This document shows, in pieces, positions 56,664 to 64,000 of a DNA stretch of 64,000 nt (position 1 is the stretch's first letter; the number at the start of each line of letters is the position of its first letter). The notes beneath the pieces are model-generated. The model was not told the origin of the DNA and did not search any database. It worked only from the letters and a program-made list of their open reading frames with translations. Origin of the DNA: a bacterium. Its GTDB lineage: Bacteria > CLD3 > SB21. The stretch covers positions 1 to 64,000 of the forward strand of contig JABWCP010000005.1 in the NCBI GenBank assembly GCA_013360215.1, given 5' to 3'. Made by a program: the position numbers and the translations under genes.

Positions 56664-58442
56664 TTAACCTAGAATCGCTTTGGTGCGAAGGGAAACTTTT
56701 TTTTCTATTTCCGCCACATCGGACATGACCAGTATTTCCGATGCAAACGCTTCAGCTTCTGTTTTGGAAACGCTTCGGATTATCTTTTTGATTTTGGTGA
56801 GTACAGGAGGAAGCACGCTGAATTCGTGCAAACCCATACCCAAAAGAAGTATAGCCGCATAAGGATTACTGGCCATTTCACCGCACATAGCAACATGGAT
56901 TTTGCGTTGATGCCCTGCAGCAATGGTTTGTTTTATGAGTCTCAAAATAGCCGGATGAAAACAATTGTACAGCCCGGATACTTTAGGGTTGCCGCGATCT
57001 ACAGCCAGCGTGTACTGAACAAGATCATTCGTGCCAATACTAAAAAAATCCACCTCGGCCGCAAATTCCTGAGCCAAGATCGCTGCGCCGGGCGTTTCGA
57101 TCATCATGCCGACAGGAATATTTTCATTGAAAGGAATATCTTGCCGTCGCAATTCCTGTTTGCATTGTTCGATAATGCGTTTGGCCTCCCGCATTTCACT
57201 CAAATTAATGACCATCGGAATCATGATTTCGACATTAAATTCCGATGAAAGGCGCAGCATGGCGCGAATCTGCGGAATAAAAAAATCCGGATATTCCAAA
57301 GCGATACGGATCGCCCGCCAACCGAGAAACGGATTGTCTTCGTGGACATAACCTTTAGCGGTGAGTATTTCCAGCGGAATTTTATCACCGCCGACATCAA
57401 ATGTACGCATCGTTATTTTATGCGGATGGTTTTTTTCGGCAATACGTCGGTATTCGCGATACTGCGTCTCCTCATCCGGCAACTCACGCGCCGAAAAGAG
57501 CATATATTCCGTCCGATAAAGCCCGATGCCTTGCGCTCCGAGATGTAAGGCGTTTTCTACTTCTTCGGGAAGTTCAACGTTGGCACAAAGCGCAACTTCG
57601 TATCCATCGTTTGTGACGCACGGTAGTTTGGCCACCGTTTCCAAATCGGTTTCTTTTTTGGCGATCTGGCGCGATTTTGTTTTGATGCGATCAATGTCTT
57701 TTTTATCGGGATTGATGATCAGTTCGCCGGTATGACCATCAAGAAGCAAGGTATCGTCTTTGCTTATGATACCTGTCAGGTTGGCGATACCTACGATGGC
57801 CGGAATATTGAGCGAACGCGCAACGATAGAAAAATGCGATAATTTGCTTCCGGCTTCCGATACAAATCCTAATATTTTATTGCGATCAATACCCGCAATG
57901 TCGGACGGCTTGATCGTATCCGCGACGATGACCGATGCTTCAGGAATATCAAAAGAACGCTGCTGACCAAGCAAGTTGCCCAACAAACGGCGTTTGACAT
58001 CCTCCAAATCGTTAGCCCGTTCGCGGAGATACTCATTATTGGACTTAAGAAAACCGGTTTTAAATTTATCCATCACGGCCGCAAATGCCGCTTCGGCATT
58101 CATTTTGACGGACTTGATATTTTTCAGCGTGCCGCGGATCATTTCCTGATCCTCGAGCATCAGAAAATGTGATTCAAGGATCGCGCTGTATTCTTTACCG
58201 TATTTGGATTTAGCGTCCCGGATAAGCTGATCCAGCTGCTCTCGTGTGATATCGAGCGCTTGTTGGAACCGTGATGTTTCTTGTACAATCTCGTCTTCGC
58301 TTTTGAGCGTGCGTTCGTGGATACGAAAATTATCGGCGTGAAGTACGTAGACCGGCCCGATCGCAAATCCGTCGGAAACACCCAACCCTTTGATGGCTAG
58401 AGACTCCGATGTTTCGGATTTATTTCGTTTGGTCGAAGGCAT
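56664..58442 (-). CDS. ptsI: PEP-protein phosphotransferase (PTS enzyme I)
   Basis: G.GVS.G.AIG, YLRERA.D..DV, phospho-His in SKLSHFSIVARS, GIGLYRTE, RTFD.GGDK, E.NPFLG.R.IR, FSIGTNDL.QY. No N-terminal GAF domain. Confidence 0.95.
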   Translation of the reverse strand: MPSTKRNKSETSESLAIKGLGVSDGFAIGPVYVLHADNFRIHERTLKSEDEIVQETSRFQQALDITREQLDQLIRDAKSKYGKEYSAILESHFLMLEDQEMIRGTLKNIKSVKMNAEAAFAAVMDKFKTGFLKSNNEYLRERANDLEDVKRRLLGNLLGQQRSFDIPEASVIVADTIKPSDIAGIDRNKILGFVSEAGSKLSHFSIVARSLNIPAIVGIANLTGIISKDDTLLLDGHTGELIINPDKKDIDRIKTKSRQIAKKETDLETVAKLPCVTNDGYEVALCANVELPEEVENALHLGAQGIGLYRTEYMLFSARELPDEETQYREYRRIAEKNHPHKITMRTFDVGGDKIPLEILTAKGYVHEDNPFLGWRAIRIALEYPDFFIPQIRAMLRLSSEFNVEIMIPMVINLSEMREAKRIIEQCKQELRRQDIPFNENIPVGMMIETPGAAILAQEFAAEVDFFSIGTNDLVQYTLAVDRGNPKVSGLYNCFHPAILRLIKQTIAAGHQRKIHVAMCGEMASNPYAAILLLGMGLHEFSVLPPVLTKIKKIIRSVSKTEAEAFASEILVMSDVAEIEKKVSLRTKAILG

Positions 58443-58709
58443 TTATTCTTCGTTGAATTTGGAAGCAAACAAAGCCGCGATCGCATCGGCCGCTTGCATT
58501 TCGTCGGAACCCTCGGTTTTTATTTTTACGACGCTGCCTTGAGCTGCCGCAAGCATCATGACGCTCATGATACTTTTGGCATTGACTTCAGTGCCGTCGC
58601 ACGATAAAAACACTTCGGAATCAAACTGGCTTGCGGTTTTAACGATCATCGCCGACGGGCGTGCATGGACGCCGGCTTTATTGATAACGGTGATTTCCCT
58701 TTCGATCAT
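58443..58709 (-). CDS. ptsH: Phosphocarrier protein HPr
   Basis: GVHARPSA (His15), NAKSIM (Ser46), G.DE..A. Confidence 0.96.
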   Translation of the reverse strand: MIEREITVINKAGVHARPSAMIVKTASQFDSEVFLSCDGTEVNAKSIMSVMMLAAAQGSVVKIKTEGSDEMQAADAIAALFASKFNEE

Positions 58710-58743
58710 GGATTCAGCGATGGTCCTCGGTGTGAAGCGTGTA

Positions 58744-59724
58744 TCAGTTTTTACGCTGTCCGGCGCGGTGTGCGATAGCTACCAATTGGGCTTTGGCGCT
58801 GCTATCTTTGATGCGGTCCAGACTTTGAACGGCCGATTGGACATACTTGGCAATCGCCTTTTCCGTTTTTTCCTGAATACCCGTTTTTTGAATGAATTTT
58901 CTAAAATCTTCGATAACACGTTTGAGAATATCGGGGTCGGTGACATTCTGAAAAACGGAAAGAAAATCTTTGCCGTATTTATCCTGTACACAATGAAGCG
59001 CGATGTACGATTTTTTTCCCTCCATAAGATCGCTGCATATATCTTTACCCAGCGTCGCTTCATCCCCGATCACATCCAGTAAATCGTCCTGAATCTGAAA
59101 CGCCATACCGCAATAATAACCGTAATCACGTAAAGCTTGCTCTTTTTTGAAGTCCGCTTTTCCGACTACAGCACCGATCTGGGCGGCGGCGGCAAATAAA
59201 CCGGCGGTTTTCAGTTCGATCATTTTAAGATAATCAGTGAGTTTTATATCCGAACGTTTTTCAAACTCTTTATCCAATGCTTGGCCTTCGACCAATCCGA
59301 TATAGGCATCCGAAAAAATATCCAATACACGAGGTAATACGGATTCAGGAGAACCATTTAATGATTTGAAAGCCAAAGCATGCAATAAGTCACCGGTGAG
59401 AATAGCGACGTTTGCATTCCATTTTTTATGTATGGTTTCCCGTCCCCGCCGCAAGTCATCATTGTCCATAATATCGTCATGGACCAGTGAAAAATTATGC
59501 AAAAGCTCCACAGCCGCTGCGGCAGGGAATGATTTTTTATAATTTTTTTCAAACAATGCGCAGGACAATACGGTCATCACTGCACGCATTCGCTTGCCGC
59601 CGCTTTGAAAAAGATAACGCGCCGGATCGTAAAGAGTAGTCGGATTACGTTTAGCTAAATAAACTTTGATCGCTTTGTCAATTTCTTTGACAATGGGCTC
59701 TGTCTTTAGAGGTGCATGTTTCAC
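58744..59724 (-). CDS. Polyprenyl diphosphate synthase (probably short-chain GGPP/FPP type)
   Basis: GGKR.R, HNFSLVHDDIMD (Phe at -5 of the first Asp-rich motif), RRG, GQ..D, KT, FQI.DD.LD. Confidence 0.93.
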   Translation of the reverse strand: MKHAPLKTEPIVKEIDKAIKVYLAKRNPTTLYDPARYLFQSGGKRMRAVMTVLSCALFEKNYKKSFPAAAAVELLHNFSLVHDDIMDNDDLRRGRETIHKKWNANVAILTGDLLHALAFKSLNGSPESVLPRVLDIFSDAYIGLVEGQALDKEFEKRSDIKLTDYLKMIELKTAGLFAAAAQIGAVVGKADFKKEQALRDYGYYCGMAFQIQDDLLDVIGDEATLGKDICSDLMEGKKSYIALHCVQDKYGKDFLSVFQNVTDPDILKRVIEDFRKFIQKTGIQEKTEKAIAKYVQSAVQSLDRIKDSSAKAQLVAIAHRAGQRKN

Positions 59725-59760
59725 GGTTGGAGTCCTGAAGACGTGAACAGACTTTCAGAA

Positions 59761-59789
59761 AATCTAAATACTAAATTAAGAGAAATCAA
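59761..59789 (-). promoter_or_regulatory. Putative sigma70 promoter of the prenyltransferase-ptsH-ptsI operon
   Basis: TTGATT-N17-TAGATT. Confidence 0.45.
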
Positions 59790-59911
59790 GCGATAATTTT
59801 TTATGCGACACATTGTCTGTATAGCTGAAAAAATGTCCTTTTTTTTGTAACACTTTAATTAACAATAGTATGTGAATTTTAGTGCACTTTTAACAAAAGT
59901 TGCTTTTTTGC

Positions 59912-59927
59912 TGACATAATGTTGTCA
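59912..59927. promoter_or_regulatory. TGACA-N6-TGTCA palindrome upstream of the DHFR-like/DinB genes
   Basis: TGACA-TAATGT-TGTCA. Resembles sites of HTH-WYL (YafY-type) regulators. Confidence 0.5.
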
Positions 59928-60064
59928 CCCACTGAAGATATATTGATTTCAATTGTTCACAATAAAACAACCGGGTTTTTTCATTTTAAGAAACAGTTTC
60001 TTTGAAATACCGTATCAAAGGTTAATTCCTGACTACTTTCCAAATTACGGAACACGTTTATTCC

Positions 60065-60589
60065 ATGCCTAATCATGTTTTCATCGCGGCAAGCCTTGAC
60101 GGTTTTATTGCCAAAACCAACGGGTCTCTAGATTGGCTTGATCGTATCGAAAATCCGGATCATGATGATTTCGGTTACGATGAATTTCTGAAAAAGATAG
60201 ATGCGATCGTGATGGGGCGGGGCACCTATGACTTTGTAAAAAACATTACACCTTGGCCCTACAAAAAACCGGTATACGTTCTAAGCCGGAGTATGTCTCC
60301 ACAAACACTCCCGAATCAAATTACGATCACTGATCGCTCGCCGCTCGAGTTGCAGCAGGAATTAAACCGGATGGGCTATCGCAATCTATATGTGGACGGC
60401 GGTAAAACGATTCAAAGTTTTATGCGGGAAAATCTCATTGACGAATGGACTATCACGCGAGTCCCCATTCTGCTTGGTGCCGGCATACCGCTTTTTGACA
60501 ACACGCTTGAAAAAGAAACTTCTCTTGTTCACATTGCAACACGCATTTTTTCCAATGGCCTTGTACAAAGCACGTATAAAAAACAATAA
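60065..60589 (+). CDS. Dihydrofolate reductase family protein (RibD C-terminal domain)
   Basis: FIA.SLDGFIA, DWL, D...MGR.TY, YVDGG.TIQ.F, IDE......P.LLG.GIPLF. Confidence 0.9.
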   Translation: MPNHVFIAASLDGFIAKTNGSLDWLDRIENPDHDDFGYDEFLKKIDAIVMGRGTYDFVKNITPWPYKKPVYVLSRSMSPQTLPNQITITDRSPLELQQELNRMGYRNLYVDGGKTIQSFMRENLIDEWTITRVPILLGAGIPLFDNTLEKETSLVHIATRIFSNGLVQSTYKKQ

Positions 60590-60645
60590 TGAAATTAGAT
60601 GTACTTATCCCTCATATTTCTTAATTTAATTAAAAGGAGTCCGTT

Positions 60646-61134
60646 ATGAATCCGCATTTGCAAGGTATTGTCGGTTGGTATGGTCACGAATCCCAATCTT
60701 CCGTAAGGATGATCAGCGCGATACCCGACAATAAACTTAATCAGAAAATTCACGATAAGTTCCGCACGGCCGGCGAACTGGCCATGCATCTCGGCGACAC
60801 GGTACGTGATCTTACCGCTACTTTCAAAACCGGCGCCGTTGTGTTTACACCCGTCATTACCGCGACACCGCCTAAAACCGCCGATGCCGTCAAACACTAT
60901 AATGACGCGATGAGCGAATTTATGGAAGCGAGCAAAAACTTTACGGATGCACAACTGAATAAAAATTATCCTTTTGAAATGGGCGGCCAAGTGGTTTGGA
61001 ATCCCACGGGTATGGAATTGATTTCCGGTTATATTTGTCACGAAATACATCACCGTGCACAGATCGGTGTCGTGCTGCGTTTAGTCGGCGCTAAAGTACC
61101 CGGCATGTACGGGCCGACAGCGGACGATATGTAA
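60646..61134 (+). CDS. DinB/YfiT family protein
   Basis: RTAGELAMHL, HEIHHRAQ..V.LRL.G..VP.MYGP. Confidence 0.88.
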   Translation: MNPHLQGIVGWYGHESQSSVRMISAIPDNKLNQKIHDKFRTAGELAMHLGDTVRDLTATFKTGAVVFTPVITATPPKTADAVKHYNDAMSEFMEASKNFTDAQLNKNYPFEMGGQVVWNPTGMELISGYICHEIHHRAQIGVVLRLVGAKVPGMYGPTADDM

Positions 61135-61152
61135 AAAAAGGACGATACGGAT

Positions 61153-61896
61153 ATGATCGATGTTACGCAACACGACGGAATCGCCATTCTGCAAATGCAG
61201 CACGGCAAAGCCAATGCGCTGGATATCGAATTTTGCCATGCGCTTGCACACGCGGTGGATAAACTGCGGCATGTGGAGGTGCATGGCCTTATCCTCACCG
61301 GAACAGGCACGATGTTTTCTGCGGGTGTCGATTTACCTCGCCTAATCAAATCCGGGCCGGAGTATATCCCGGAGTTTCTTGCGGCACTTCATCACACCTT
61401 CGAAACACTTTTTACCTTTCCAAAACCGATGATCGCCGCCATCAATGGTCATGCAATTGCCGGTGGCTGTGTATTGGCCGCCTGTGCGGATTATCGTATC
61501 ATGGCCGGAGGTCGTATCGGCGTTTCGGAATTGCGGGTCGGGGTTCCATTTCCAGTTTCGGCTCTGGAGATCATGCGATCCGTTGTACCTCAAAAATTTT
61601 TGAGCGAAGTATTGTACGACGCCAAAAACTATACTCCGGAAGAAGCAAAAACCGTCGGCTTGATAGATGCGATCACCGGTTCTAACGAACTCATGTCCGA
61701 AGCCCTCAAAAAAGTCAAAGCCTGGTCTGCTATTCCGGCTACCGCTTTTGCAATTACTAAACGGCAACTACAAGCCCCATACCTTGATCGTATTCACCAC
61801 AATGCGATTGATACTTATGTCGTAAATCTCTGGAAAGAACCGGCCACGCTTAACGCAATCGGTAACTTCGTAGCAAGCACAATAAAGAAAACCTAA
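61153..61896 (+). CDS. Enoyl-CoA hydratase/isomerase family protein
   Basis: KANAL, FSAGVDL, PKP.IAAINGHAIAGG..LA..D.R, E..VG. Confidence 0.92.
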   Translation: MIDVTQHDGIAILQMQHGKANALDIEFCHALAHAVDKLRHVEVHGLILTGTGTMFSAGVDLPRLIKSGPEYIPEFLAALHHTFETLFTFPKPMIAAINGHAIAGGCVLAACADYRIMAGGRIGVSELRVGVPFPVSALEIMRSVVPQKFLSEVLYDAKNYTPEEAKTVGLIDAITGSNELMSEALKKVKAWSAIPATAFAITKRQLQAPYLDRIHHNAIDTYVVNLWKEPATLNAIGNFVASTIKKT

Positions 61897-61916
61897 TCTT
61901 AAAACATCTTACAAAA

Positions 61917-61998
61917 AGACCTCAAAACAGTTTTCTTTTTCAGATGTGATTTCATTTTATATCACGACTTGTTTTAAAGAGAAACTATTTTGAGGTCT
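61917..61998. repeat. 82-bp long hairpin, MITE-like element between convergent genes
   Basis: AGACCTCAAAAcAGTTT ... AAACTaTTTTGAGGTCT terminal inverted repeat with an inner GTGAT/ATCAC stem. Confidence 0.55.
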
Positions 61999-62027
61999 AT
62001 CTTTTTATCGGTTAAATCGCTGCAAAT

Positions 62028-63689
62028 TTATTTTTGTAAATTCCAAATTTTGGTATAACCCTCCGCTTCTTCCAGTTTTTTTAATTCAATGATGGATTTG
62101 CGAAAAGCAGCCATCATATCTTCTTTGCGCACTACCCCATTGAGACTATTGGGATTGGATTTGACTTCTTCGGCATTAAACGGGGCACCTTTGCCGAGCA
62201 CCGTACCGGTAACATATTGTGTGCCGACGAGATAACCATTGGGCGGTCCGAGCAACTGATACGTAAAAACCGGGTTAAGTACGACGTGATTATTTTCATC
62301 CGTCGAAATCTGCAAATCCAGCGTCGCACTGATCAAACCATCCACACCCAATTCGCGCATCAGACGTGCATCGGGCCGGTCGCTGGCAAAAGTGGATGAA
62401 ACCGACTTGAGTATCGAAGTTAGCGACGTAGGAAGAAGGTTTTTGGTGTTTTTATAACTGCGAACAATTTTGACCTGCGTGTTTTTATCTTCGATCGGTT
62501 CCATCGCTGCATAGCCGGAAGCTTTCGTAACGCTTTCGACTGGAATCAACTCGATCTGATGTTCGTTTTTCAGTGCCGTTACAAAATCACTGTACATATT
62601 ATCCAGCAGTTTATCCCAAAATTCGTCCGGTAACTGCGGAAATTCCAAAGTCGTAATTGTCGTAGTGGTTGTCGTGACTTCGACATTACCCATCGTTTGC
62701 GTTGAACTAGAAGATTTCACATCGCGATGATAAATGGTTCCGCGTACAGAAAAGGAGGCTAACGCAAATTTTTTGCCCATGGATAAAGCGCGCCCGTAAT
62801 AGGCATTGGGTTTATTGGCGGTGAAAGAAAAACCCTTCTCTTCGCCTGTAATCTGTACATTGCTTTTGCTTGGCGATTTGCCTTTGACCGTTACCGGCTT
62901 TGTATCCCAGCTCGCGGATATCCCTTGATATCCACCGGTACCGGCATTGGGTGATAAATCATGTTCATAACGTTCGACACGAAGCCAACTGGCGCCTTCC
63001 CTAAAACTTGCAATGGAGGTACCGATCGCTTGATCTGAACTGGCCACGACTTGTGCGTTGACAAAAGCCTGGTGTGGTATGACGATTTTGTCTGCTGAAC
63101 GGCAAACCACCACATCTACAAACGACGTCGTACCCATCAAGTCCATCAGCATGCCGACTTTATACATCGTACGTTCGGAACCTTTGGGATTTTCCATTTC
63201 CAGAACAAGATCCTGCGTAACGTCTATTTCAGCACCATCGGCTTTACCGTTGATAGATTTAATGCGAACGGGATATGTAGGTTTTATCGTAAACTCGGCC
63301 TTTTGACCCGTTTTAGTTTCGATCGTTATTTTTTTGGGTGAGGTATCGCCACTATCCACAAGTTTGGTATATGCACCAAAAGCCACGTGCGACATCGGTG
63401 TACCATCCATAGCTACGACGCCGTCTATTTTATACATCCCGATACCATGTTTTTTAAAATTCATCACCGTTACTGCTGAACGACCTTCTTTCCATGCTTC
63501 GCCCATATAGGAAGTTTCCGTGCTTTTGACGGCAGCAGGATAAAGATTGCTAATATAATACACCGTCGTACCGCAGGCTTGCAAATCCGTCGTGGACTGC
63601 GTCATCAGGTTGCCTGCAAGTTTGCCGAGTTGAGCGCAGCCGCTCAGAAATAAAAATACTGAAGCGAAAAGTAGAAGTTTTGTTCTCAT
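62028..63689 (-). CDS. Uncharacterised large lipoprotein
   Basis: Lipobox LSGC, 553-aa ORF, beta-rich N-half, Ser/Thr-rich insert SSSSTQTMGNVEVTTTTTTITT. Confidence 0.75.
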   Translation of the reverse strand: MRTKLLLFASVFLFLSGCAQLGKLAGNLMTQSTTDLQACGTTVYYISNLYPAAVKSTETSYMGEAWKEGRSAVTVMNFKKHGIGMYKIDGVVAMDGTPMSHVAFGAYTKLVDSGDTSPKKITIETKTGQKAEFTIKPTYPVRIKSINGKADGAEIDVTQDLVLEMENPKGSERTMYKVGMLMDLMGTTSFVDVVVCRSADKIVIPHQAFVNAQVVASSDQAIGTSIASFREGASWLRVERYEHDLSPNAGTGGYQGISASWDTKPVTVKGKSPSKSNVQITGEEKGFSFTANKPNAYYGRALSMGKKFALASFSVRGTIYHRDVKSSSSTQTMGNVEVTTTTTTITTLEFPQLPDEFWDKLLDNMYSDFVTALKNEHQIELIPVESVTKASGYAAMEPIEDKNTQVKIVRSYKNTKNLLPTSLTSILKSVSSTFASDRPDARLMRELGVDGLISATLDLQISTDENNHVVLNPVFTYQLLGPPNGYLVGTQYVTGTVLGKGAPFNAEEVKSNPNSLNGVVRKEDMMAAFRKSIIELKKLEEAEGYTKIWNLQK

Positions 63690-64000
63690 AGATGTAATCC
63701 TGTGGTTTGATGAGTTATATGCCTAATTTAAGATTAAACATGACGGTACAGATAACTATTAGAAGCAATTAACATACCACAATGAAACACTACTATAACT
63801 CATTGATGTTTTTACAAATGAAAAAAGGATGACTTAGTTGGCGTTACATAAACGCGACTATATCGATAAATAGTCTGTCGCCTTCAGCAGACACTCATAA
63901 AAAACATTCCGATGTATATAAAAAACTCACTCTCCATCGAGCCGTATTGTATATATAAGTGAATCTGAAATTTTAAAAATATGTCTTTCAAAAAGGCGAT

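Noticed and set aside
1-64000. tRNA, rRNA, integrase, transposase, prophage or defence genes
   Set aside because: None recognised by eye. tRNAscan-SE, Infernal and HMM searches would be needed to exclude them formally.

Overview
Bacterial chromosomal window, probably from an FCB-superphylum lineage (Ignavibacteria/Calditrichota/KSB1-like). This is inferred from the short Bacteroidetes/Chlorobi-type RpoD, the ECF/FecR/TonB cassette, lipoproteins and mqnC. It holds about 55 CDS: partial thiL, a TetR-controlled ABC-2 efflux operon, an orphan beta-propeller sensor kinase, mqnC, queA, a cluster of redox/stress genes, nrfHA, peptidases, a cell-surface signalling cassette, tex, an orphan nuoB next to sod, lepB-lepB-coaD-rsmD, clpC/dnaJ and ptsH-ptsI. 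I recognised no rRNA, tRNA, CRISPR array or intact transposase. The most unusual elements are: (1) a tightly coupled operon of a PelD-like membrane GAF-GAF-degenerate GGDEF protein (I-site kept, active site lost), two microcompartment vertex genes, a cupin and a sigma factor; (2) a comEA operon with a degenerate PilM, an apparent PilN-PilO fusion and a pilin-like protein lacking a prepilin leader; (3) a candidate sigma-54-driven sRNA with repeated GGGUU motifs; (4) an STN signalling domain fused to a non-TonB surface-repeat protein beside an ECF/FecR/TBDR cassette; (5) two MITE-like hairpins of about 80 bp. All calls come from reading motifs by eye; no database searches were run.
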